60,000 nt of DNA, from positions 35,776,001 through 35,836,000 of the forward strand of contig CM097885.1 in the NCBI GenBank assembly GCA_044892525.1, written 5' to 3'. The notes under the pieces are model-generated. The model was given only the letters and a program-made list of their open reading frames with translations, did not search any database and was not told where the DNA came from. A program made the position numbers and the translations under genes. This DNA is from Schmidtea polychroa. Its lineage: Eukaryota. Of this stretch, positions 28,409-39,040 are shown piece after piece; position 1 is the stretch's first letter, and each line of letters opens with the position of its first letter.

Positions 28409-29279
28409 GCGGCTATATAAACTAACATATTTCGTCACTTTTCAATGCTTACTCTTACGCCAAATTTTTGATTTTTCTGAGATTGTAAGTAAGGACGATT
28501 TCATTGTGAATTATAAATTATTATTATTGAAACCTTGTTTTCATTATTTCTATTTAACTATAGAAATGTAGGTTTGAGTGAGATAGTCGGTTATCATTGA
28601 TTTTGAAGCGAGATCCCAGCCAACCTTGCACCTATGCACTCTATCATTGATGGGCACACACTGCCTGACACGCACTTATCAATATTATAACTTCTTTTTG
28701 TTGTTCGTCAGCGGAGGTTGCACCATTTCATGGTTCTGTCATGGAGTTGAGTCGATAAACTCCCTCCGTTTGACTATATTTAAATATTATCCGTCAGCAG
28801 TACATTGTTGACTATACTTAAAAGTAAGGCTTGCCGTAGCGGACACAGTGTGGCCGTGTAAACAAGCAATCTTCCCGACATTCTATACATGAATAACTTA
28901 TATAGTTAAAATCTAAAAACAAAATCATCACAATACAATACACTAAGGTTAATAAACGGAGTAGATCTCAGACCTAAACTAATCACAAGAATGCAATTCA
29001 TGATTAATGTAGACGGTTATCCATAACCTAATAAGTAATGAACTCTACCTACACGTACGTCGAACCTAAAGTCCTAAATAACCTATTAAATAATAGTGCA
29101 AAGGAAAGATTTTTCCATATGATGTTATTAATGGTAATAGTATTCATAAAGGCATTCGACATACGTATCGGTAAGACTTAACTTATAAGTTGAATAGGCA
29201 ATTGAATTAACTATATGAAGTATAAATCTGATTTCATAAAAATATAATTTATAAGTAGCATGATAGCATAGATCATAAA

Positions 29280-30990
29280 TTTAACTCCCTAAAAATATAA
29301 ATTGTGAACCTATACTGATATAAATTACAACTCTAAAATAGTTTTATATAAATTATAAACTTATACTGATCATAAAGATATCAATTATAAATCCAAAATA
29401 GTTATATATAAATCATAAACTTGTACTGATTATATGAATATAAATTACACGTCCAAAATAGTTATATATAAATTATAAATTTGTACTGACTATAAAAGTA
29501 TAGATTATAAATTTAAAATATAAATTATAGGTTCATGTTGACTACAGAAGCATAAATTACAAATCTAAATGAGTTATAAAAATATATATTATAATTTCGA
29601 AGTGTGAGTTTGCTTTCATAGAATATAAGTCATGATTAGTTGTAAAAGAATAAATTACAAATTAATTTCATAAAATATAATTAGGAACTTATATTACCCC
29701 TAAATTATAAATTATAACTTAGAACTATCTATAAAAACATAAATTATAAGTTTATATTATCCCTACAAAATATAAACTTGAAACTTTGATTATCTATAAA
29801 AATATAAATTATAATTAGTTATAAAAGTATAAATTTAATTTCATAAAAAATATGAATAAGCTATAAAAGTATAAATTACGAACTTGATTTCATGAAAATA
29901 TAAATTATAATTAGTTATAAAAGTATAAAGTATAAATTTAACTTCATAAAAATATAAATTTTAAATTTATATTAGCTGTAAGAGTATAAATTATAATCTT
30001 AATTTGGTCATAAAAGTATAAAATATAAACTACGTTAGCGATAAAAATATAATCTATATATAATAATTTGTAAATATTTTATAAACAACCCCCCCCCCCA
30101 AGTTACGTATCGTCGAAACAAATGTTCAGATTCATAATCTAACTTATATATGTATATTTGAAACTTATAAAAGTATAACTTACATAACCCCCCTCAAACT
30201 ATATACATTAATCGAGAACAATATATAACATATTAACATATATATTAACATATATATGTACAGTTATCAAATTTAATAACCCCTCAGATCACATAACCAT
30301 TAATTATTATCTAAATGCATTTACATGTATATTTAACTTACATTACCTTTACACTATAAATTTAGAAATTTTTTCATAAATAACCCTCTTAATTCCTATA
30401 ACCATTAACCGCTACCTAAAAGCATTAATTTAGACTATTTTATATATATACTTAACTTAGATTACCTTTAAAATTATAATTGAAAATTTTTCATAAATGA
30501 CCCCCTCAAATCATATAGTCATTAATTATTACCCAAAAGTACTAATTTAGCTTATTTTCAGATATATTTAATTTAGATCACCGGTAAAATTATAGTGGAA
30601 AATCTTTCATCAAAGACCCCCCATAAACCATATAGTCATCAACTACAACCTAAATATACTAAATTAGCTTATCTTAATATACATTTAACTTATATTATAT
30701 TTAAAAATATAAATTGTAAATTTTCATAAATGACCCCCTCAGACCATATAGTCATTAAGGATTACCCAAAAGTACTAATTTAATTTGTTTTCAGATATAT
30801 TTAACTTATATTACCTTTAAAAATATAACTTGTATTTTTCGTAACCGACATCCTCAAATCATGTTGCCGTTAGCTATTCCTTAGGTAAAATGAATTAGAT
30901 CATATTCATATAGAGTTAAATCATACTTCATGTAAAAATATAATTTCATAATTTTTCGTAAATGACCCGCCCCCAAGCTGTATACATGTG
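29280..30990. repeat. Degenerate tandem arrays of ~60-bp (29290-29560), ~30-bp and ~116-bp (30265-30990) units
   Basis: AAAATAGTTATATATAAAT-like units at 60-bp spacing. AAATGACCCCCTC-like motif near 30380, 30496, 30612, 30728, 30844 and 30960. Confidence 0.85.
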
Positions 30991-31439
30991 GTAATCTTAT
31001 AAAAAATATAAATTTACATTTATCATTATTATTATTATTATTATTATTACATTTTTTTATATATTCATTATTTTACACCAAGTCGCTCCCACTAACTTTA
31101 ATATATTATTAAAATAATTATCTTTATTTTATAAAAATAAAATTATAACAAAATTATTGATTTTGGGATTCCCCTATCTCTAAATTCAGCTCCAACGGCC
31201 CTATCTTCCAATAAAATTATCGAAAACCACTAAAATCTATTTTTAGTAACACCCCGCCCCCTCAGAAAACGACGTCAATATTACTAATTTAAATTATATG
31301 TATATATGTATAAGTATGTGTATATGTATGTGTGTATGTATATGTATAATAACAAGAATTAATGTTATTGCTAATCGTCCTATAATCCTATAAAATTATA
31401 AATTTACATTTATTATTATTATTCTCATTATTACCCTTA

Positions 31440-31705
<266 letters not shown>

Positions 31706-32119
31706 AAAAATTTCTTATAGAATAATAATTTTAATGATTAAGGGATTCCCCGCAGAGCTACTTTTAGGAACATCTCTTCTATCCCTCCAATTGTTACACT
31801 CTATACCCCCCTAACAATCCACCATGGAGTCGTAAATAGAATAAGAAATCATAAGAATGAATAAATGAAAAAATAAATAAATAAACAAAATAAGAACTTT
31901 TATTGTGCAAATTGTTATACTAAATGTGACAACCCAATCAATATAAGTACAACCGGAACAACGCCGATTTTCACCGAATTGAAGTTCGAAGACTCTTTCG
32001 ATAATAGAGTAGACTGATTTTGATTTTGACACTGATTTTGAGACAACTACAACGGTCACATTATATCTTGCTTGGCAACGCGCTCACTTTTTTTTTTGGT
32101 CCATTGTATCAAAGACAAG

Positions 32120-32784
32120 GATACACAGAAAGAAATAAAGATGAGAGATGCGATGAGCGTCGACGAAATAAAAGGAGTGATAAAGAAGGTCGATGATATA
32201 AACATTGAAGTATCCGGAATTTCTGTTTTAAATAGAAGAATGAAATGTTTGCGAGTATTGTCAAGGCAGGAAAAGGATTTGCATAGAACCAAAGCAAACA
32301 TTTTTCAAATTCACAACGGAGTGAACAAAGATATGATCCAACACCGAGGATGAAAGCTGAAAGATCAGTTATTACATGTTGGAATTGTCAGGAGGTGGGT
32401 CATATGAGTCGAAAATGTCGGGAACCAAGGGTTCAGAAATGCTTCCAATGTGGAAAAGAAGGGCACCAATCCAGAGAGTGCAATCAGAGAGCACAGAATG
32501 CAGAGATGAGATGTTTTGCGTGTAAAGATATTGGACACAACAGAAGAGAATGCCCATCAATATCGTGCTCAGGATGCGGTAGAAGAGGTCACTTACGATT
32601 TCAATGCTGGAATCAGGCAGACAGAAGAAGATACGCAGACGAGCGTGGACCACCGAGACAGACGCAAGTAGCCGCGTTTCAGACTGATCAAGCCGAGAAC
32701 GACGAAAAGATCTCATGTCAAGATGAAGACTACCCAAACCAAGAAGCTCCATCGTTAGGCGAGATGATCGGAGCAATGAATTAA
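32120..32784 (+). pseudogene. Retrotransposon gag C-terminus with four CCHC zinc knuckles
   Basis: CWNCQEVGHMSRKC, CFQCGKEGHQSREC, CFACKDIGHNRREC and CSGCGRRGHLRFQC. PBS-like TGGCAAC at 32072; frame break near 32350. Confidence 0.9.
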
Positions 32785-33189
32785 TGGGTAATAATGACGA
32801 TTGTGCATGCCAGTATAATTGTATAAGTAGATATAAATATATTAATAGTATTAGTAGTAAAGTGAATAGTATAATTCCTTTTGTAAATAATGTATATAAT
32901 ATAGAAAATATTAATAATAATGTGAATAGTATAAATCCTTTCGTAGATAATTTAAATAAAGTAAATAATAAAATGTTGGATGAGAATAATGTAATTAGAA
33001 ATAATTGTAGCAGTAGAATTGTAGGAAATATCGATATAGTTGAAAAAATAATGAACTGGAAACAAATTTTAAAAAAGCGAATCAATGTGAAATAATAGAA
33101 AATGTAAAAACTAAAAAGTCGGTAAAAAATAAAGTTACGGATATTCATGATGTAATTATTTTAAATATGCCGAATGTGCAAAAATTGAT

Positions 33190-33864
33190 CATTACACTAA
33201 ATACATATTTCTAACTTCTATTAGAAAGCAAGATGAAAATACAATAAAGCCAGTTTTGTTAAATAATTGGATATTGAAATTTGGAGCCCCTAAGGAACTA
33301 CGTGTTGATTGTGAAAAGAATTTCGAAGCAAATAGTATTAAAGAACTAGCAAAGGCAGCAGGAATTGAGTTGATATTTTCGAGTCCGTATCATCATAATA
33401 CTAATGGTGTAATTGAAAGACGATTTCGTACTATAAGAGACTATATTAACGCGTCACTCAGAGAAGGAGTTAAAAAAAGCTGGGCAGAAGTAATACCTGA
33501 TATAGAATACGTGTTAAATGCAACAGCTCAGAAAATTACTGGAGTGAGTCCAGCAGAAATTATATTTGGGAAAAAGATTAATAGATCGCAATGGCATAGT
33601 AATAATGAAGTGGATAGAAATGAAATCATGCGGAAATTAGAGGCTAAAAGACAGCAAGCGAAATAAATTGGCACAACTAAGAACTTAGAAGTGGGGTCAA
33701 AGTATTGGTGAAACAAGAAATTAGAAACAAAGATCACGAGAGATATGAAGGACCATACACAGTAATAAAACGAAATCATGAAAGAAGTTACTTATTAACA
33801 GACGAAAACGGGAGAAAAATAACGAGGAATATAGAAAAGTTAAAGCATTTTAAAGAAGGGGGGA
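33190..33864 (+). pseudogene. Truncated Gypsy integrase ending in a PPT
   Basis: KFGAPKELRVD...FSSPYHHNTNGVIERRFRTI and a frameshifted YEGPY motif. PPT AAAGAAGGGGGGA at 33852-33864. Confidence 0.9.
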
Positions 33865-34144
33865 TGTAAGGAGTTAGTAAACCCCTATATAAAATTATTA
33901 TGGTTAAATGGTAGAAGGGAGATCAGTTAGTAGAAATAATTATTACTGTTAAATTTTTATATATTAAATTATATCATATTATATTAAATTATATTAAATT
34001 AAATCAATTAAATGTATGACCCGTAATTACATTAATATTAATAATTATCACGCCTCGGTGTTTAAATACGCTAGTAAACGAAGTTTTGAAGTTGATATAA
34101 AAAATAAATGCTTGAAGAAGATTTGAATTTAATTGCGTCTAACA
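33865..34144 (+). repeat. LTR-like segment between PPT and PBS
   Basis: Starts TGTAA directly after the PPT and ends TAACA directly before TTGGCAATGACC. Confidence 0.7.
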
Positions 34145-34166
34145 TTGGCAATGACCTCTACTAAAC

Positions 34167-35294
34167 ATGGATTACAATGGCAAAAAAGGTAATGAAGAGA
34201 TAGAACATATGAGAAAAGCAATAGATAAACATGAGACTACGAGATTTAAAATCAACGAAGATTTAATTTTAACAAGAGAAAATAAAATTTGGATCCCAAA
34301 AGAAAATAAAATAGAATTTGTCAAAGACATGTACAAAATGCTGTGTCACGCTGGATGTAAGAAGGTAATCGATTATATAAAAGTTAATTACGATATGGAG
34401 GAATTAAATACAATCGCGAATCAATATATACAAAGTTGTGAAATATGTCAGAAACGAAAAACAGTGACAACAAAAACAAAAGAACTAATTGTAAAAACAC
34501 AAGTGGCGGAACCGTTTGAGGTTATAGCGATAGATTTTTGTGGACCTTTGCAGGCAAACATTCATGGAAAGAAATATATTCTGGGAATTATAGATGTGTG
34601 TAGTCGATACATTTTATTGACAGCAGTAGCAAAGGAGGACGAAAAAACTACAGCGAATACTATTGTGAAATTCTGGATATTAAAATACGGGGTACCGAGA
34701 ATTATTTATGTTGATTGTGGAAAAACATTCGAATCTAACTTGATAAAAGAGTTGGCTAAGAATCACAATATACAGCTACAATTTTCTAGCCCTTATCATC
34801 ATAACACTTATGGTTTGATTGAAAGACAATTTCGAACAATACGAGATTTTATCAGTACATCATTAAGAGATAAAGTTAAGAGAAATTTGGTTGAAGTGTT
34901 ACCTGAAATTGAGTTTACTTTAAATGCTACTATCCAAAGCACAACTGGAAAGAGTCCATCAGAAGCAGTATTTGGTTTTCGGATATCTAGAAAATGGAAC
35001 AATAATAAAAGAATATACAACGATAGAAGTAAAATAGTGGAGGAAGTGCAATCAAAACAACGAAATTTAAATTATAAAAATGAGAACCGGATACACCAAG
35101 AATTCGATATAAATGAAAAAGTTTTAGTTAGAGTAGATTTAAGAAAGAAAGAAGACCGATATACAGGATTTTTTGTCGTTGTTAGAAAGATCCATGCAAA
35201 TAGTTATAAATTACGAGACAGAGATGGAAAAATTATAGTTCGCAACGTTGAATGGTTAAAACCTTTTAAACAGGGAGATGTTAGGGATATTTAA
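34167..35294 (+). CDS. Uninterrupted 375-aa Gypsy-type integrase with no RT, RNase H or protease
   Basis: Zinc-binding region (CHAG...CEIC), catalytic core AIDFCGP / YVDCGKTF / GLIERQFRT, and C-terminal RYTGFF...RNVEWLKPF. Confidence 0.9.
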   Translation: MDYNGKKGNEEIEHMRKAIDKHETTRFKINEDLILTRENKIWIPKENKIEFVKDMYKMLCHAGCKKVIDYIKVNYDMEELNTIANQYIQSCEICQKRKTVTTKTKELIVKTQVAEPFEVIAIDFCGPLQANIHGKKYILGIIDVCSRYILLTAVAKEDEKTTANTIVKFWILKYGVPRIIYVDCGKTFESNLIKELAKNHNIQLQFSSPYHHNTYGLIERQFRTIRDFISTSLRDKVKRNLVEVLPEIEFTLNATIQSTTGKSPSEAVFGFRISRKWNNNKRIYNDRSKIVEEVQSKQRNLNYKNENRIHQEFDINEKVLVRVDLRKKEDRYTGFFVVVRKIHANSYKLRDRDGKIIVRNVEWLKPFKQGDVRDI

Positions 35295-35532
35295 ATAATT
35301 AATTTATAAATAAAATGTATATTGTATTATAAGTATCAAATACTATTATATAGTAAAAGTATAATAAGTATAATAAAAGTATAATAAGTATAAAGGCTGG
35401 CAGACATAGTTATCATTATTATTAAATTAATTAAGTCGTCATTTAAATCGGTAGTTTTAATAATAACAGATTTAGGCAACAATTTGTATTTTAATTATAT
35501 ATTTTTAGATAATTGAGTTTTTATTATTAACA
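35279..35532 (+). repeat. 3' LTR
   Basis: TGTTA...TAACA, preceded by the purine-rich tract AAACAGGGAGA and followed by the TSD. Confidence 0.8.
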
Positions 35533-37252
35533 ATCATTAATTTCGACCAAGTACCCGCTGTTTCGAATCTGAACCAAAAACGACTATAACCCAGAAGTGA
35601 TGCAGAGAAGTTTTAATGAGAAAAGCCGTAACATCACATAAAAGTTTCCCAACCACATTATGTATAACTTTGGAGGGTAAATTTTTAAAACCACACACTG
35701 TGTTCTCGAATTTAAATAAAAAACCAATTGTAAACAAAAAGTGTCTTGTAGATGTGAATAGAACTGGAATGTTTAACGATGACATCTTGAAACAATATAT
35801 TAAAGAAATTATTTTGTGTAGGCCACAAACCAGTTAAGCTCGTGATCCAGTATTGCTGATAATGGATTCTTACGAAAGCCATGTAAAATTACATGAATCT
35901 AAATATCTGGAAAAATTCAATATTTTTGTTGTGCTAGTGCCTCAAAATTTGACAGGTCTCCTGCAACCCTTAGACGTTGCAGTAAATCGTAGTTTTCAAG
36001 CATATAATAATACACGGTATAATAAATATATATCAGAAGCACCCAAAAATTCAGAAATGCAAACTCGACAAGGAAATGCTAAAATTCCTAACTATAAAAT
36101 AGTTAGCGACTGGGTTATGGACTATATATCGACAAAGGATTCTAGTTTTATAGTAAAAGCATTTAAATGTTGCGGAATTGTACCTAAAATAGATTTTAAT
36201 ATTGATGCACTCCATACTACTTAACAAAAAATTTGCAACCTACTTTTAATTACGATGATTGGATTCATGAAAATGAAGATTTAATTGCTGAAAATTCGAA
36301 TTTTTATGACAATGAAGATTGTGAGGATTGGTTTTATCCAGAGGAAGTGTCAACAAGTTTTTTAGATGTGTTCATCAGATAAAAGATAAAAACCGTTCTT
36401 TTTCAGTTGTTATGAATAATTACATGCCACAAATAATTTCATGTATAAAAAGTAATCCAGATACATCTGACATTTTAGATGGGCATAACGAAGAATTTAT
36501 AAGTAGTGGCGAAAATTCTTCTTCATATGCCGAAATTTATGCTACTACCTTAAAAGAAAAATTGTGCATAAAAGTAGTAGAAGTGGACGAAAATTGTGTT
36601 CAAGTTGAAAACTTTACGTATGAAGTAGTTTCTTCATATTTACTTAATTTTATTTCATTAAATATATATATATATATATATTTATGTGAAAAGTAATGTT
36701 TAGTTCCTATTTAATATTTTTATTTTTATTTAATATACACACATATAGGAGTTAATAATCCTAAAATGGTGTTATACTGTTGCCAACCCGTATATTTATG
36801 TGAATTCTGAAGTTATGTGTAGGTTATTTTTTTTATTAATATAACTTAATTTCATAAAAAATCTTTTATTTCAAATATAGTGCCTAGGCGTTCTACTACG
36901 CTAGGTGTTCTAAACGGAAAAAATGCGAAAAATTTTAAACCGGAATAAAAAGCTTTCCCGAATATAGCGCCTAGACGCTATGTTCGACGGAAAACTGTAG
37001 CATATTTACAATACAACTTGGATTTCACAACCACTGACTACTGTTTCTGAATTCGATGATTCAAATCACTATTATTATAATTAATATTAAAATGCCGTAT
37101 CTAAAAGATAAAATTGATCTATATATTCTACTTTCGGCATTTTCAAATATCCTATTCACAGAAAATTAATTAAAGCTAAATTTATTTAAAATTAAAAATA
37201 TAAAAGTAATATAACGTTCAAAACATCTAATTAAAAGAATTATTATTCAAAA

Positions 37253-37630
37253 TCAAATTTTTGAAACCTTAAAAGAAATAATTGGCGACTTTTTGAGCTG
37301 CAAAATATTTCCTGGAATATCGAAGTTCTGCGAATCATGAAGCTCCTTAAATTCACAGGTTTTTTCGATTGGTTGCCCAATTTGCAAGCCTTTTAAAAAA
37401 CAAATAAACCTAAATTCAATACGAAAACTCAATGGAAATTCAGAAAATTGAGAAATATTTTTATTATATCCATCATTGACTAGGACCATTTGAAGTTTTG
37501 GAAATTCTCCTTCGTCTTGTGGAGATAATTTAATGTTAAACGTATATTTGAAGGCTCCGAATTCATTCGGAAGTAGTACTGGTGGGCTCATTATCCAGCC
37601 AGGTTTATTATCATCAAACTTGGTCCAAAT
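37253..37630 (-). CDS. Orphan gene, terminal exon
   Basis: Acceptor CATAG, then IWTKFDDNKPGWIMSPPVLL...VSKI*. Preceded by a 42-nt GT-AG intron at 37631-37672. Confidence 0.7.
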   Translation of the reverse strand: MWTKFDDNKPGWIMSPPVLLPNEFGAFKYTFNIKLSPQDEGEFPKLQMVLVNDGYNKNISQFSEFPLSFRIEFRFICFLKGLQIGQPIEKTCEFKELHDSQNFDIPGNILQLKKSPIISFKVSKI

Positions 37631-37672
37631 CTATGAATTATTTCATGAAAGTTAAATCTTAAAATTAAATAC

Positions 37673-37815
37673 CTCCTCAACTTTTGATTTGAAAGTCAAA
37701 GATTGCAAACACGTATTCCAGGACCAATAGCCATCTGGACTGAATAATTGCACGGGTAAAAAATTTTTTTCCCAACTTGAAAATTTTTTAGCTAATCCAA
37801 ATTCTTTCCATCGAA
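37673..37815 (-). CDS. Orphan gene, exon 3
   Basis: TTTCAG acceptor; open frame RWKEFGLAKKFSSWEKNFLPVQLFSPDGYWSWNTCLQSLTFKSKVEE; phases fit on both sides. Confidence 0.7.
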
Positions 37816-38418
37816 CTGAAATAATTTTGAATTTGCAATTTTAATATGGTTTCTGGTTTATGTTTTTTGTTAATTTTTAATCAATTGCAACAAAATGATA
37901 AAAAAAATAAAAAGTGTAATTTAATTTTGTTCGTAGGCCCTAATTTTGTACTGTGCAAGTGCTCAAATTAAAAATTTATGTTTTAAAAAATCTAGTGTTA
38001 ATATGTTTATTTTAACATTGCAAAATTTTTTTCAATTACTCTATTACAAACAGTTTTTTAATTTTATTATACCGCACTTGAAATAGGCTTCTAAAATTAT
38101 ATTTGAAGAAGGCAAAACAAATCAATTCCATCAAGACAGATTTCCAACTAAAAATTGAGTAAAATTTTTTTTAATTATTAATTACAAAATTTTTCCTTAT
38201 TACAAAAATTTAACTGGTTCTGACAAAAAGAAAAATTAAATGAAACAAATAAATATTTATTTTTTGAAATTAATTTTCATATGTAAAAAAATTTTTTGTC
38301 ACTGCTCTTAAATAATTTCATTTTAATAATGCGCTACTTATAAGTCACTATAAAAGTTGTGCCGAAACATTGTGTTACGTAAGAAAATATACTTTTGATC
38401 TATAATCAACGACTATAG

Positions 38419-38775
38419 AGTACTTCCGTGTTATCTTACCCCCAAAAATTAAATTAAAAAAGAACACATATAATTATTATATTTATTTTCTAAATCACAG
38501 TTACATACTCAGCAAATGTTTGTAAAGAGTTTGTAAATGGTCATCCAGGTAGCCAGAAAACCACAATGTCGTTGAGAATAGTGTTGAACACATCTGCACT
38601 GTTGCTTAGAACACGTTTGCGCCACATAAACTCATATAATCACATAAATCACAGATAGCCTTAATAAATTCATGTTCAATAACGTCATCAATAATGTATT
38701 CTCTCATTTTTTATATTGTTATTTTAATTGTATTTTATAATTTAATTTTTGGGGGTAAGATAACACGGAAGTACC
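38419..38775 (-). mobile_element. Non-autonomous Merlin (IS1595-like) element
   Basis: ~38-bp TIR (A/G)GTACTTCCGTGTTATCTTACCCCCAAAAATTAAATTA. 9-bp TSD CGACTATAG at 38410-38418 and 38776-38784. Internal minus-strand LYEFMWRKR motif. Confidence 0.85.
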
Positions 38776-38869
38776 CGACTATAGTTAAAAATGGAATAAA
38801 ATACGTTTTATGTATGAAATATAAGAGTAATTAGAAAAATTTTCAAAAAGGACAATAATATTAGTTATT

Positions 38870-39040
38870 AAATGTTAAAGCTAAACAGATCAATTTTGAA
38901 CAAAACAAATAAACTCGATATAGAAACAATTCTAAAGAAGCTAGTATAAAAGAACTAATCAACACAGGAGGAGTAAAATCAGTGTTTTCAAATTTATGTT
39001 ACCACAACACAAATGGTTTCATTAAAGATCAGTTTCAAGC
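38870..39040 (+). pseudogene. Small Gypsy integrase fragment
   Basis: EASIKELINTGGVKSVFSNLCYHNTNGFIKDQF aligns by eye with EANSIKELAKAAGIELIFSSPYHHNTNGVIERRF in ORF 33256. Confidence 0.65.

Noticed and set aside
32372..33148. 258-aa minus-strand ORF
   Set aside because: It is antisense to gag and a low-complexity AT-rich region and has no recognisable motifs.
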